Of a stretch of DNA of 51,206 nt, positions 9,854-18,092 are shown piece by piece (the stretch's first letter is position 1; each line of letters opens with the position of its first letter). A model generated the notes under the pieces. That model saw only the letters and a program-made list of their open reading frames with translations. It was not told where the DNA came from and ran no database searches. The DNA comes from a virus (lineage: Duplodnaviria; Caudoviricetes), in IMG/VR virus record IMGVR_UViG_3300020045_005791, positions 1 to 51,206 of that record, one strand, 5' to 3'. The translations under genes and the position numbers were made by a program.

Positions 9854-10696
9854 TTAGATTAAAATTCTTCTTCTTTTGTTCGTTGTATGCGTTTGAGTGT
9901 CGATTGACGGCTCTTCTTTAATTTCGGTAGTGTCTTCGACGGCTTCCGTTTTATTGTTTGTAATTTGTCCAGTTGTAGAGTTGCTTCCAAATACTACTAA
10001 ACTAGATTCCCTTACGTTTTTAGCTTCTTTAATCGCAAAGAAATAAGATATATATTCAAAGTCTTCTTTATTTGCAATCATAGGATAATATAAGTCATAA
10101 TTTGCTTTATAAGTTTCATCTTCTGGGTCGTTGCTATCCATACATAAAACAAATGTAACATATTGCATCCTAACACTTCCTTCGATATCGTCTCCACTTT
10201 CTAACCATTCCTTAACGGCTTGATGTTTTACTTGTGATTTAGGTACTTTATATATTAAAGCTTGTGTTTCACCTTCGTATGATTTGCCAAGTAATGAAAA
10301 TGGCACTTTAGCAACAAACATTTCAATGTGTTCTTTTCTTACTACAACTTTATCAACTTCTAACTCGTGATCAATAACAAGATAGTTTTTACCTTGCTGT
10401 TCTTTAATTGATTTATTCCAAATATTATTTAAATGTAAATCTTCGTGGCTATCTAAAATAAGAGTTGAATTAACTGCAATGTAATAGAAATTATCATCAA
10501 TTTTTATTCCCTTTAATTGGTCTTCAAACTTTAATAGATCCAAAGATTTACAAGTTACTGATAAACCCTTATCACAAGATTTTTGTATTTGTGACTTTTT
10601 AGCATCCGTAATAAAATCAAGATTGGTTTTCAATTCTTTGAAAAGTTCCTCTTTGGTTTCGAATGTTTTATCTGGAAAATAAACTGATTTTATCAT
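9854..10696 (-). CDS. Prohead maturation protease-like protein, copy A
   Basis: DSHED, LVIDH, GSVRM, ESSLVVFGSN motifs; between portal and capsid. Confidence 0.7.
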   Translation of the reverse strand: MIKSVYFPDKTFETKEELFKELKTNLDFITDAKKSQIQKSCDKGLSVTCKSLDLLKFEDQLKGIKIDDNFYYIAVNSTLILDSHEDLHLNNIWNKSIKEQQGKNYLVIDHELEVDKVVVRKEHIEMFVAKVPFSLLGKSYEGETQALIYKVPKSQVKHQAVKEWLESGDDIEGSVRMQYVTFVLCMDSNDPEDETYKANYDLYYPMIANKEDFEYISYFFAIKEAKNVRESSLVVFGSNSTTGQITNNKTEAVEDTTEIKEEPSIDTQTHTTNKRRRILI

Positions 10697-10797
10697 TTCT
10701 TAATTTCTTTATCTTTATTCAATTCTCTTTTTAATGATTCTTTTTTAGCTTTCTCTATTTGCGCCTGAATTAATTCAGGCTTTTTTACTTCTTTCAT
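10693..10797 (-). CDS. Small basic hypothetical protein (34 aa)
   Basis: ATGA-coupled to protease; C-terminus IEKAKKESLKRELNKDKEIKK shared with copy B. Confidence 0.5.
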   Translation of the reverse strand: MKEVKKPELIQAQIEKAKKESLKRELNKDKEIKK

Positions 10798-10939
10798 AAT
10801 TAATAAGAATATCTTTGTTTTACATTTCGCTCTTTTAATTCATAATTAAAATAATGAGATATTGCTTCAGGAATACCAATAATATTTACTCCTATATTAA
10901 AAATGCATATTACAAAACTTTTCTTTATAGTTCTTGTTT

Positions 10940-12118
10940 TCATAATCCAAGTATTAATTTAAAATCATTACTTAATCTTTTTTGCTCTTCCGGTGTTTCA
11001 TAAATCAAAGTATCTTGATATGCTTTTAAAGTATCTATTTTAGTTTTCATTACCAATTGCATAACTGGTAAATGATTGTAAGTAGCTACTAATGATTCGT
11101 TTTTATCAATCAAACCGAATGCACTTGCAAAACTATTCATTGTATTGTTAGCATCTGTTTGGATTGAATTTTGAACGTAATCTAACATTGCTTTTTCTTT
11201 ATTTTCGTAAGTACTTGAGCCGTTAGAAAAATAATTGATAATATCTTTATTCATTTCAAACGCATTTAAACACGTTAAAGCATCACTAGAAAATTGCTCA
11301 TCTAAATACAAGCGTTTCATATCACTAACTAAGTGTTGAGCCTTGATGTTCGCGTTTGTAATCAATAATGATTTTTTAGCAATCTTAGAGAATATATCTT
11401 TACGGTCACCGTCTTGTATTTGTGCTTCATTTCCATCGCCTTGACTTGCCATAAGATATTTTTGGCTCATCTTTAAATTTACGTTTTTAGAAAGTAAATT
11501 CTCTTCGATATTTTCAATTGTTTTTGAAATACCTTTTAAACGCGAAGGCGAACTCATTAAAGAATTTAAAGTCAATCCGTTCGCCAAATCATAAGTCGGT
11601 ACAATATCTTTTAATTTAATTTCAAAAGTTTGACCGTCTAATTTATATATTATTTTCTTGTCTCCATAAGCTTTTAATTCAGCTTGTGTGTACATAAATG
11701 ATTTAACTTTTTCAGTATTATTTAACTCTATTTCAGAAGGAATAAGATTGAATATTGCTTTTGTAGAATTTAAAGCATCAACTTTGTAAGTATAGTTTGT
11801 TCCGGCCGCGCTTAAAAACCACATTTGCTGAAAGAAAAAATCTTCCTGAGATTGGAAGTAATTCGGTTGTTTGAATAATTTAATTATTTCGCTGTTTTCA
11901 ATTGGTTTACCTGAACTATTCAAATGAGTAATTTTCATTTGAGAATAAATCTTTGAGCGCAAAGCAATAATAGCGATTAACACGGGGTTTGTCAAAGATA
12001 ATTCTAAATACTTAGTAGAATTTGTAAAGCCGTCTTGATCTAAAAAAGAATAGGTAAAAGCTCCACTGCGGTCTCTCTCCACGGTGACATTTTTACCCCA
12101 TAATCCAAATAATCCCAT
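10940..12118 (-). CDS. Portal protein, copy A
   Basis: 392 aa; LFKQPNYFQS..FF and STYEN motifs of HK97-like portals; downstream of terminase. Confidence 0.85.
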   Translation of the reverse strand: MGLFGLWGKNVTVERDRSGAFTYSFLDQDGFTNSTKYLELSLTNPVLIAIIALRSKIYSQMKITHLNSSGKPIENSEIIKLFKQPNYFQSQEDFFFQQMWFLSAAGTNYTYKVDALNSTKAIFNLIPSEIELNNTEKVKSFMYTQAELKAYGDKKIIYKLDGQTFEIKLKDIVPTYDLANGLTLNSLMSSPSRLKGISKTIENIEENLLSKNVNLKMSQKYLMASQGDGNEAQIQDGDRKDIFSKIAKKSLLITNANIKAQHLVSDMKRLYLDEQFSSDALTCLNAFEMNKDIINYFSNGSSTYENKEKAMLDYVQNSIQTDANNTMNSFASAFGLIDKNESLVATYNHLPVMQLVMKTKIDTLKAYQDTLIYETPEEQKRLSNDFKLILGL

Positions 12119-12151
12119 ATAATCGATGTTTCACAACATTAATAATTAAAG

Positions 12152-12159
12152 CAAATATA
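12152..12159 (-). promoter_or_regulatory. Promoter box TATATTTG upstream of portal
   Basis: TAnnTTTG consensus, intergenic. Confidence 0.65.
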
Positions 12160-12166
12160 GTAAATA

Positions 12167-12349
12167 TTATTTACTATCGATATAATTTATTAAAGAAAAG
12201 AAAATATACCCAATGCCACACGCAAATAACGTTATAATAGCTAATGAAAAGTATGCTATTGCGTTATTATTTGAAGCATTTAAAACAAATGAAAACATTC
12301 CGTAAGTTAAGAAATACGCTTTTATCCAGTCTGATAATTTATTGTTCAT
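12167..12349 (-). CDS. Small membrane protein
   Basis: 60 aa with two hydrophobic segments. Confidence 0.55.
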   Translation of the reverse strand: MNNKLSDWIKAYFLTYGMFSFVLNASNNNAIAYFSLAIITLFACGIGYIFFSLINYIDSK

Positions 12350-12374
12350 AATCTATATATTTTATATTATTAAT

Positions 12375-13778
12375 CTAAGATAATCTAAAAACTTTAACAA
12401 ACCAAGAAATAACATATTTCTTTGCGTCAAGTATGTGGTCATCTCCATTCTCCTCCGGTACATCCATTTGGATTCCTTGCCATATTTTCCAAGAATATGA
12501 TTCGTATTCAAGTTCAATATTTAAAGATTCCTTAGTGTAATGAATTTTACTTTTTTGCATCGTTTCAATTCCTGCTGCAATAGATCCGCTACCCTTTTTT
12601 GCGCCTATCACATTGTAGCCTGAATTTTTAAGTTTACGTGATTCCTCTTTATTTAGTTCGTTCCCACTATCACAAATTATTTGCTTATGTTTCTCAATTC
12701 CTAAACGTTCGAATTCGTCAGACAAACTTCCTTTAATATCATTTAACGGTTTATATAATCTTTCTTTAAAGAAATAGTTTTCATCACCGTCAAATTTCAT
12801 TTCTACCAAAGCGGTTGGAGCACTTAATCCGAAATCTAATCCGTAATAGCTTTGATACGGCAATTTTTCAAAGTCCGCATTTGATAGCGTTTTCCATCCT
12901 TTAAAAATGCGGTTTGGCTTTTCAGACTTCAAACCACGGCCAAAAACAAGCCAGTGATACAAAGACGCGCTATTTATAGATTCATTGTAAATGCATCGCT
13001 TAATCTCATTTATTTGTTTTTTAGTAAACTGTTTTTCATTTACATCAACATCATAATTTTTGCACTCTAAAGTACTTAAAATATCTTTTAAAACAACATC
13101 GCACTGCTCAACCGGTTGATAGGATTGTATTTGTATTTTCGATTCAATAGGGCAAAATGGATTATCTTCAAATGTAGAAAACAAAGTAATTGTATTTTCT
13201 TTACGCTTTTCCTCATTTACCCAATGTGTTTGTTTTGGATTCCAATCGAATAAAATATATTTTGATGTTCTTTGAGATAATTGTTTATAAACTTCGTGAC
13301 TAAATTTATACGGTTCGTTTATCCAGCATATATCTTGTGTCATCCCCATTGCATCATCTTCATCGTCTAATCCAGTAAATCTAATAAATGAATTATTGTG
13401 TAAAAATGTCCAAGTATGGTTTGTTTTGTTACGCAGAAAATACTTCGTCAAGCTTTCGTTTTTGATAAAAGCATCAAATTCCTGTACATTAATCTCTTTG
13501 TTTTCTAACTGCTTTTTTCTACCCATTGGATCGGATAGCCATTTTACCCAGTCAATCTCTACAATTTCACGGCAAGACTTCTGAGTATCTCTTAGAATAG
13601 TACATGTTGTTAATGGGTTTTCAAATAAATCAAGAAATAAATTTTGGAAGTTTGACCAAGTTTTTGAACTTCTGGAGCTTCCTTCCTCAACGATTAACTT
13701 GTATTTTCCTGATTGTGAAGCCTGCCAAATATCTCGAAATACTTTTGTAGCTAAAAAATCAATTGAATTACTCGTCAT
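12375..13778 (-). CDS. terL: Terminase large subunit (PBSX/SPP1-like)
   Basis: Walker A GSSRSSKT, Walker B ICWINE, DWNP, nuclease motifs YGLDFG and DHILDA. Confidence 0.95.
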   Translation of the reverse strand: MTSNSIDFLATKVFRDIWQASQSGKYKLIVEEGSSRSSKTWSNFQNLFLDLFENPLTTCTILRDTQKSCREIVEIDWVKWLSDPMGRKKQLENKEINVQEFDAFIKNESLTKYFLRNKTNHTWTFLHNNSFIRFTGLDDEDDAMGMTQDICWINEPYKFSHEVYKQLSQRTSKYILFDWNPKQTHWVNEEKRKENTITLFSTFEDNPFCPIESKIQIQSYQPVEQCDVVLKDILSTLECKNYDVDVNEKQFTKKQINEIKRCIYNESINSASLYHWLVFGRGLKSEKPNRIFKGWKTLSNADFEKLPYQSYYGLDFGLSAPTALVEMKFDGDENYFFKERLYKPLNDIKGSLSDEFERLGIEKHKQIICDSGNELNKEESRKLKNSGYNVIGAKKGSGSIAAGIETMQKSKIHYTKESLNIELEYESYSWKIWQGIQMDVPEENGDDHILDAKKYVISWFVKVFRLS

Positions 13779-14181
13779 CGTTATTTTCGATTATTCTGAC
13801 GTTTATTGAAGATGGTGGTGTTTGTAATTTTTCGCCTCCTGAGGTTAAATCAACTTTGTCTCCAAACATTTTAGGATAAAATTTAGAAGCTAACCATTTA
13901 CTTGTTTGTATCAAAACATTAGCTGCTGACGGTTCAATTTCTCCCGACTTTAACATATCACGAACATAGTCAATTTCTTCTAACTCGCTTTCGGACTTAT
14001 CTTGCATAGCCTTTACATACAGGTCAAATAATTCTGTATTTTCACGCTTCCAATTACACCAAGTTTGAAAAGTTGGATAAGCTTCATTTGATTTCAAAAC
14101 AGTCTTAATATTAAAACCATTGGCAACATCGTCACAAATGGTTTTACAAGTTTCTAAATTATATGTTGAAGGTCTGGCCAT
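13768..14181 (-). CDS. terS: Terminase small subunit (Sf6/P22-like)
   Basis: MARPSTY..IC, PTFQTWCNW, KWLASKFYPKMFGDK motifs; overlaps terL. Confidence 0.9.
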   Translation of the reverse strand: MARPSTYNLETCKTICDDVANGFNIKTVLKSNEAYPTFQTWCNWKRENTELFDLYVKAMQDKSESELEEIDYVRDMLKSGEIEPSAANVLIQTSKWLASKFYPKMFGDKVDLTSGGEKLQTPPSSINVRIIENNDDE

Positions 14182-14277
14182 ACTTTTAAATTTAACCCCG
14201 TTTCTATAAAAACAGTCACGGGGATAGAAATTATGAATTGCTAAATTAGTGAATTATTTTTAATAACTCAAACAATA

Positions 14278-14451
14278 TTAATAAATACTATCCATATTTG
14301 GTGTTATGTTGTTTTTTAATATAAAATCACAGCATTTATCTAATTCAATCATTTTCTGCTTTTGTTCTTCCTCTGTCAATTCAGGTTCATTTTCTATCCA
14401 CCAATCTATAAAATCATCGTCCCAATCTATAAAATCATCACTCGCTTTCAT
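14278..14451 (-). CDS. Small acidic protein with DDFIDW repeat (57 aa)
   Basis: Own translation MKASDDFIDWDDDFIDWWIENEPELTEEEQ; overlaps stop of 14448..14957. Confidence 0.55.
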   Translation of the reverse strand: MKASDDFIDWDDDFIDWWIENEPELTEEEQKQKMIELDKCCDFILKNNITPNMDSIY

Positions 14452-14957
14452 ACAATTTCAATATTATATCCTAATTCTTTTTCAATTTCTTTGATTGTCA
14501 TTTGTTTGGTTTTGATTATGGTTGCCCATTTTCCATTAGAAAAAACACACGTACCATTTGAGTATAATTCATTAAGCTCTTCATTATATGAAAAATAACC
14601 ATTGCATATATCTATGAAGTTACTGACGCATGACGTAAATTTTCTGCCTTCTTTAAACCCCTTCTTAACCGCTTCTTTAGTCAATACTTCAAGTACTTCT
14701 TGGTTGGTGGCTTTTCTGAAATCTTTAATGTTTCTTTCATTCAATGCCCAATTACCCCAAATACCTGCATATCCAAATCCATAACCTGAGCCGTTATCAG
14801 TATAACAAATGATACACTTTAAATTCTCTTTTCTTACATACCATCTCCCAACCTCCAACTTCTCATTAAAAGCATCTGGAAACCATTCTTTAACATAAGT
14901 ACATCCATCGGCTTCGATAGTCTGTAATTGTTCTGTTGTAATCTTAAATTTTTTCAT
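14448..14957 (-). CDS. Hypothetical phage protein
   Basis: 169 aa; C-terminal MTIKEIEKELGYNIEIV motif common in phage proteins. Confidence 0.7.
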   Translation of the reverse strand: MKKFKITTEQLQTIEADGCTYVKEWFPDAFNEKLEVGRWYVRKENLKCIICYTDNGSGYGFGYAGIWGNWALNERNIKDFRKATNQEVLEVLTKEAVKKGFKEGRKFTSCVSNFIDICNGYFSYNEELNELYSNGTCVFSNGKWATIIKTKQMTIKEIEKELGYNIEIV

Positions 14958-15160
14958 ATTTTCTCTAATTTTAAATTAATTTTATATCCATCATCTAAAG
15001 CAAACAATTCAAGCGTACAGAATTGAATGTTTCTATAACCTCGCACCCAATTAGATAATTTAACTTCATCTATTCCGTGCTTAGCTGCATATTTGCGTTG
15101 TGAAAGACCTGAAAGTTTAATCAGGTCTTTAAGTGTTTTTTGGTGTTTGGTGTTTGTCAT
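14954..15160 (-). CDS. Cro/XRE-type HTH DNA-binding protein
   Basis: GLSQRKYAAKHGIDEVKLSNWVRGYR helix-turn-helix. Confidence 0.8.
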   Translation of the reverse strand: MTNTKHQKTLKDLIKLSGLSQRKYAAKHGIDEVKLSNWVRGYRNIQFCTLELFALDDGYKINLKLEKI

Positions 15161-15164
15161 AGTT

Positions 15165-15578
15165 TTATTTTTTCTTTATTAATAACTCTAATTTTTTGAT
15201 ATTAATCATTTGTGAAACCACATTACAAATCGCATTTGCTTGATTAATATAAGTTTTGTCTTTTTGTACTTTTTGAATAGTATCTAAAAGAATTACAGAT
15301 AAATCTGTACTCTCATTAGAAACTGTACGTATATTTGGTGTATTTTCCATATTTTTTAATTCATTTTGTCTTTTTTCTAAAACTCCTTCCTTCAATTTTA
15401 CTCTAATTAATTGTAATTCGTTTATAAATTCATCAATTTCGCTTTCGTAAAAATTATAAGTTTGTTTATCTGTATAAATAATAACATTTGTATTTACAAT
15501 ACCCCATCTTTTAATAATTATTAATTTATCTTTATATTTATACTCTTTTCCTATTAATTGATTTAGCTTTTCTTCCAT
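15165..15578 (-). CDS. Hypothetical phage protein
   Basis: 137 aa ORF in a tightly packed operon. Confidence 0.7.
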   Translation of the reverse strand: MEEKLNQLIGKEYKYKDKLIIIKRWGIVNTNVIIYTDKQTYNFYESEIDEFINELQLIRVKLKEGVLEKRQNELKNMENTPNIRTVSNESTDLSVILLDTIQKVQKDKTYINQANAICNVVSQMINIKKLELLIKKK

Positions 15579-15829
15579 TTTTTAAGTTCTTTTTTAAGTT
15601 CTAAATTAGCCTCATAAAGCTTTATAATTTCATTAGACATATCTTTTATTTGTTTTTCTTTATTTTGCTTACCATTTATCATTCGGTTATAATAATGAGT
15701 ACATACAGAAGATGCGCTTCTGTTTATTTTTAAAGAAGCAATAAAAAAAGCATCTCTTAAATGTTCTGGATTTTTTTCAACCTCAATTAAAATCGTTTGC
15801 TCTTGTTCTAAAGTCCATTTTGTTGCCAT
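15563..15829 (-). CDS. Hypothetical protein, possible Myb/GcrA-like helical DNA-binding N-terminus
   Basis: KWTLEQEQ...RSASSVCTHYY pattern. Confidence 0.5.
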   Translation of the reverse strand: MATKWTLEQEQTILIEVEKNPEHLRDAFFIASLKINRSASSVCTHYYNRMINGKQNKEKQIKDMSNEIIKLYEANLELKKELKKWKKS

Positions 15830-15842
15830 ATTTATAAGATTT

Positions 15843-15885
15843 AAAAAAAGCCTTAAAAGCTTGCTATCAGTTCTATTTTAAGGCT
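15843..15885 (-). terminator. Intrinsic terminator
   Basis: AGCCTTAAAA...TTTTAAGGCT stem plus T-tract. Confidence 0.7.
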
Positions 15886-15918
15886 ATAACTACTTCTAGT
15901 TTCAACGTATTGATGTTT

Positions 15919-16170
15919 TTATTTTCTTTTTATTTGTATATCTTTTCCATTTACTTTTAAAGAAGTCATTCCCATAACTCCGTCATCTTTCCAAAGAATA
16001 CTTTCTATTTTTAATTCAGAATATTCTTTTTTAGTTAATTTTTTCTTAAGGCTAATATGAAAACCTATACAATCAAGTAAATCACTTGCTAATCTTTCAA
16101 AATTGTCTTCTGTAACTATTTTACAAATATCCTCAATAGTTTTTAATTCGTGTACTTTTTTCTTTCTCAT
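15919..16170 (-). CDS. Hypothetical protein (start MRKKKVHE)
   Basis: ORF; ATG at 16170 preferred to the TTG start inside the palindrome. Confidence 0.6.
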   Translation of the reverse strand: MRKKKVHELKTIEDICKIVTEDNFERLASDLLDCIGFHISLKKKLTKKEYSELKIESILWKDDGVMGMTSLKVNGKDIQIKRK

Positions 16171-16185
16171 AATATTGTTTAATTT

Positions 16186-16211
16186 TAAAGTGGTCAAATT
16201 TGACCACTTTA
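16186..16211. repeat. Perfect 26-bp palindrome
   Basis: TAAAGTGGTCAAA|TTTGACCACTTTA. Confidence 0.9.
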
Positions 16212-16328
16212 GATTAGTTAAAAAAACCGAACCAAAACGTTAACTTCTAATGTTGAAAATCAATGCTCTTACATCGTTACAATTGGCTTAATTTCTCAAT
16301 CCGTAATATTTCGACGTTTCCTTATTCG

Positions 16329-16574
16329 TCAATAACTCTCTCCGTCAGCTTTAAGTTGCTTCTTACTATGTTCGGTTTTTATTAAGTTTTCAATCAAACA
16401 AACGCTTACTTTGATTATCGGACTGCTTTTTGAGTTAGGACTCAAAAGAACCCATAACTCTTTTGGTCTTTCGATTGTCGCTACATAATTACCAGTAATG
16501 CTTTTAATTGTATAAATATGATCACCTGTATTTTTGTGTTTTACCTTATCGCCTATTTCAAAAGTTAACTCCAT
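16329..16574 (-). CDS. Hypothetical protein (small SH3-like beta fold possible)
   Basis: FEIGDKVKHK N-terminus. Confidence 0.6.
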   Translation of the reverse strand: MELTFEIGDKVKHKNTGDHIYTIKSITGNYVATIERPKELWVLLSPNSKSSPIIKVSVCLIENLIKTEHSKKQLKADGESY

Positions 16575-16729
16575 TACACTAAGTGTTTTGGAGTTAAATC
16601 AGTACCAAACATTTCTTTGTGATTTGCGCAAGCTAAAAGAATTGCATCTTTAAATTTTGAATAACTACCTTTTTTAATTGCTTTTGATTTCAAAGTGTTG
16701 ATTGCTTTTGTAGATTGTAATTGAGTCAT
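16574..16729 (-). CDS. Small hypothetical protein (51 aa, MTQLQSTKAINTL)
   Basis: Own translation; downstream of TATCTTTG box at 16760..16767. Confidence 0.55.
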   Translation of the reverse strand: MTQLQSTKAINTLKSKAIKKGSYSKFKDAILLACANHKEMFGTDLTPKHLV

Positions 16730-16803
16730 AATTCCTATTTTTTAGTGATTTTCAATATTCAAAGATAAATAAAAAAACATTCACTTTAACAAAATGATAT
16801 AAT

Positions 16804-17091
16804 TTAGTTTCGTTCTAAATAACCTTTCTTTATAAATTCCTCCCTACTATACTCTGGAGTAGGTTTATTCATTTTAGAAGGTAATACAATAAATTCAAAT
16901 TCAACCTTACTTATTCTAGTATCTTTTAAATGCTTAAAAAGTAATTCCTGACTATACGTGTCTAAATATTGTTTTCTTTTGCTTAAAATCGTTGTGGGTA
17001 CATTCATTAATCGAATTACCCTATTTAGTTCGTTTTGATTTACACCTGTGATTTTAGTTAGTTGTTTTATTGATATAAGATTCGACAACAT
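16804..17091 (-). CDS. Hypothetical, possible winged-HTH DNA-binding protein
   Basis: ISIKQLTKITGVNQNELNRVI pattern. Confidence 0.5.
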   Translation of the reverse strand: MLSNLISIKQLTKITGVNQNELNRVIRLMNVPTTILSKRKQYLDTYSQELLFKHLKDTRISKVEFEFIVLPSKMNKPTPEYSREEFIKKGYLERN

Positions 17092-17190
17092 AATATCCGT
17101 CTTTAATAGTTACATCTGGCAATGGGTTTTTATCATTAAGATTATCCATCCCTTTATTTTTTAGTTTTTCCGCTTGTTCTTTCGTGTATT

Positions 17191-17640
17191 TCATAATTTT
17201 CCATCAAATATTACAATCATACTATCTTTTGTTCCGCTTTGTGTTTTACCGTTTTTATTTAATGGTAAATAGAAATTTCCGTTTTCGTCTCGTTTTCCAA
17301 ATTTAATTCTTCCTTTTACAAATTCAATTTTGGTTGCATTTGGTTTTATCCATTCGTGAAATAATTTTGTTGATGTCGAAACAGGAATTAGGAAAACACA
17401 AACTTTTCCTTTTTTCATTTCTTCAATACCTTTTATTATAAACGCCTCTTTTAGTTTTTGTGAGTATGGAGGGTTTGCAAAATTTGATTTTCCCCATTCA
17501 ATTTTTAATCCATCGTTTACAATTTCATTTTCATTGTAAGGACACGGGTCAAAATCAAAATTAAATCGTTTATTCAATTCCTCGTAAAATTCTGGAGGAG
17601 TTGCGTAATTGTCGTCGTTGTTAATGTGTATTTTTTTCAT
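17191..17640 (-). CDS. Phage DNA N6-adenine methyltransferase (short phage Dam-like family)
   Basis: ATPPEF..L...FNFDFDPC and catalytic NPPYS; FVKGRIKF. Confidence 0.85.
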   Translation of the reverse strand: MKKIHINNDDNYATPPEFYEELNKRFNFDFDPCPYNENEIVNDGLKIEWGKSNFANPPYSQKLKEAFIIKGIEEMKKGKVCVFLIPVSTSTKLFHEWIKPNATKIEFVKGRIKFGKRDENGNFYLPLNKNGKTQSGTKDSMIVIFDGKL

Positions 17641-17834
17641 AATCCACCATAATTAAATTTAAATAATTGATCTTGTAATTCTTTTCCTTTTTCGTAGTTG
17701 CCCTCTTTAAAAGCATTTTTAATTTCGATTTGTAATTGTTCCGGCTTTCCTGATATTGGTTTATAAGTTTCGCATTCTGTTTTTCCAACTTGTTTACAGG
17801 ATAGTTGGCAATGAATGCAGTTTGTATTTTTCAT
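17637..17834 (-). CDS. Small Cys-rich protein with UVR-like C-terminal helix
   Basis: CIHC..C...C; AFKEGNYEKGKELQDQL. Confidence 0.55.
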   Translation of the reverse strand: MKNTNCIHCQLSCKQVGKTECETYKPISGKPEQLQIEIKNAFKEGNYEKGKELQDQLFKFNYGGL

Positions 17835-17835
17835 A

Positions 17836-18092
17836 ATTGTATAGTAATTGTATAGTGTATAGTAAAGTGTATAGTAAAATTTTCTTTAAAATATTAATTA
17901 TCAACACATTAGTTTAAAAAAGTGTATAATTATACACTTTTAAAAAAACCTCTTTAAATATAGTAATTTTTATATATTTATATATTTATATTAATATAAT
18001 GTATAATATGTATAATATTCAATGTTTATAGTACTTAACACGTGAAAAAGTGTATAATAAGTGTATAATAAGTGTATAGTTACTATACACTT
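17836..18092. repeat. Putative replication origin with TGTATA(A/G)T iterons
   Basis: About a dozen direct and inverted TGTATA units, two palindromes, central A/T-only tract; directly after replication gene. Confidence 0.75.

Larger units (their letters stand above)
1..12149. repeat. Diverged direct repeat copy A of the portal-to-tail module (partner ~38540..51205)
   Basis: Every major ORF has a collinear homologue ~38.5-39 kb downstream, with many substitutions and indels. Confidence 0.95.

Noticed and set aside
1-12149. Ordinary terminal redundancy of a headful-packaged genome
   Set aside because: Copies are diverged with different insertions and cover about a third of the unit length
14954-15160. 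Lysogeny CI repressor
   Set aside because: Only 68 aa, no peptidase domain, and embedded in the middle operon rather than at the divergent promoters
17836-18092. CRISPR-like array
   Set aside because: Units are 7-11 bp, irregularly spaced, in both orientations, with no unique spacers or cas genes; fits iterons
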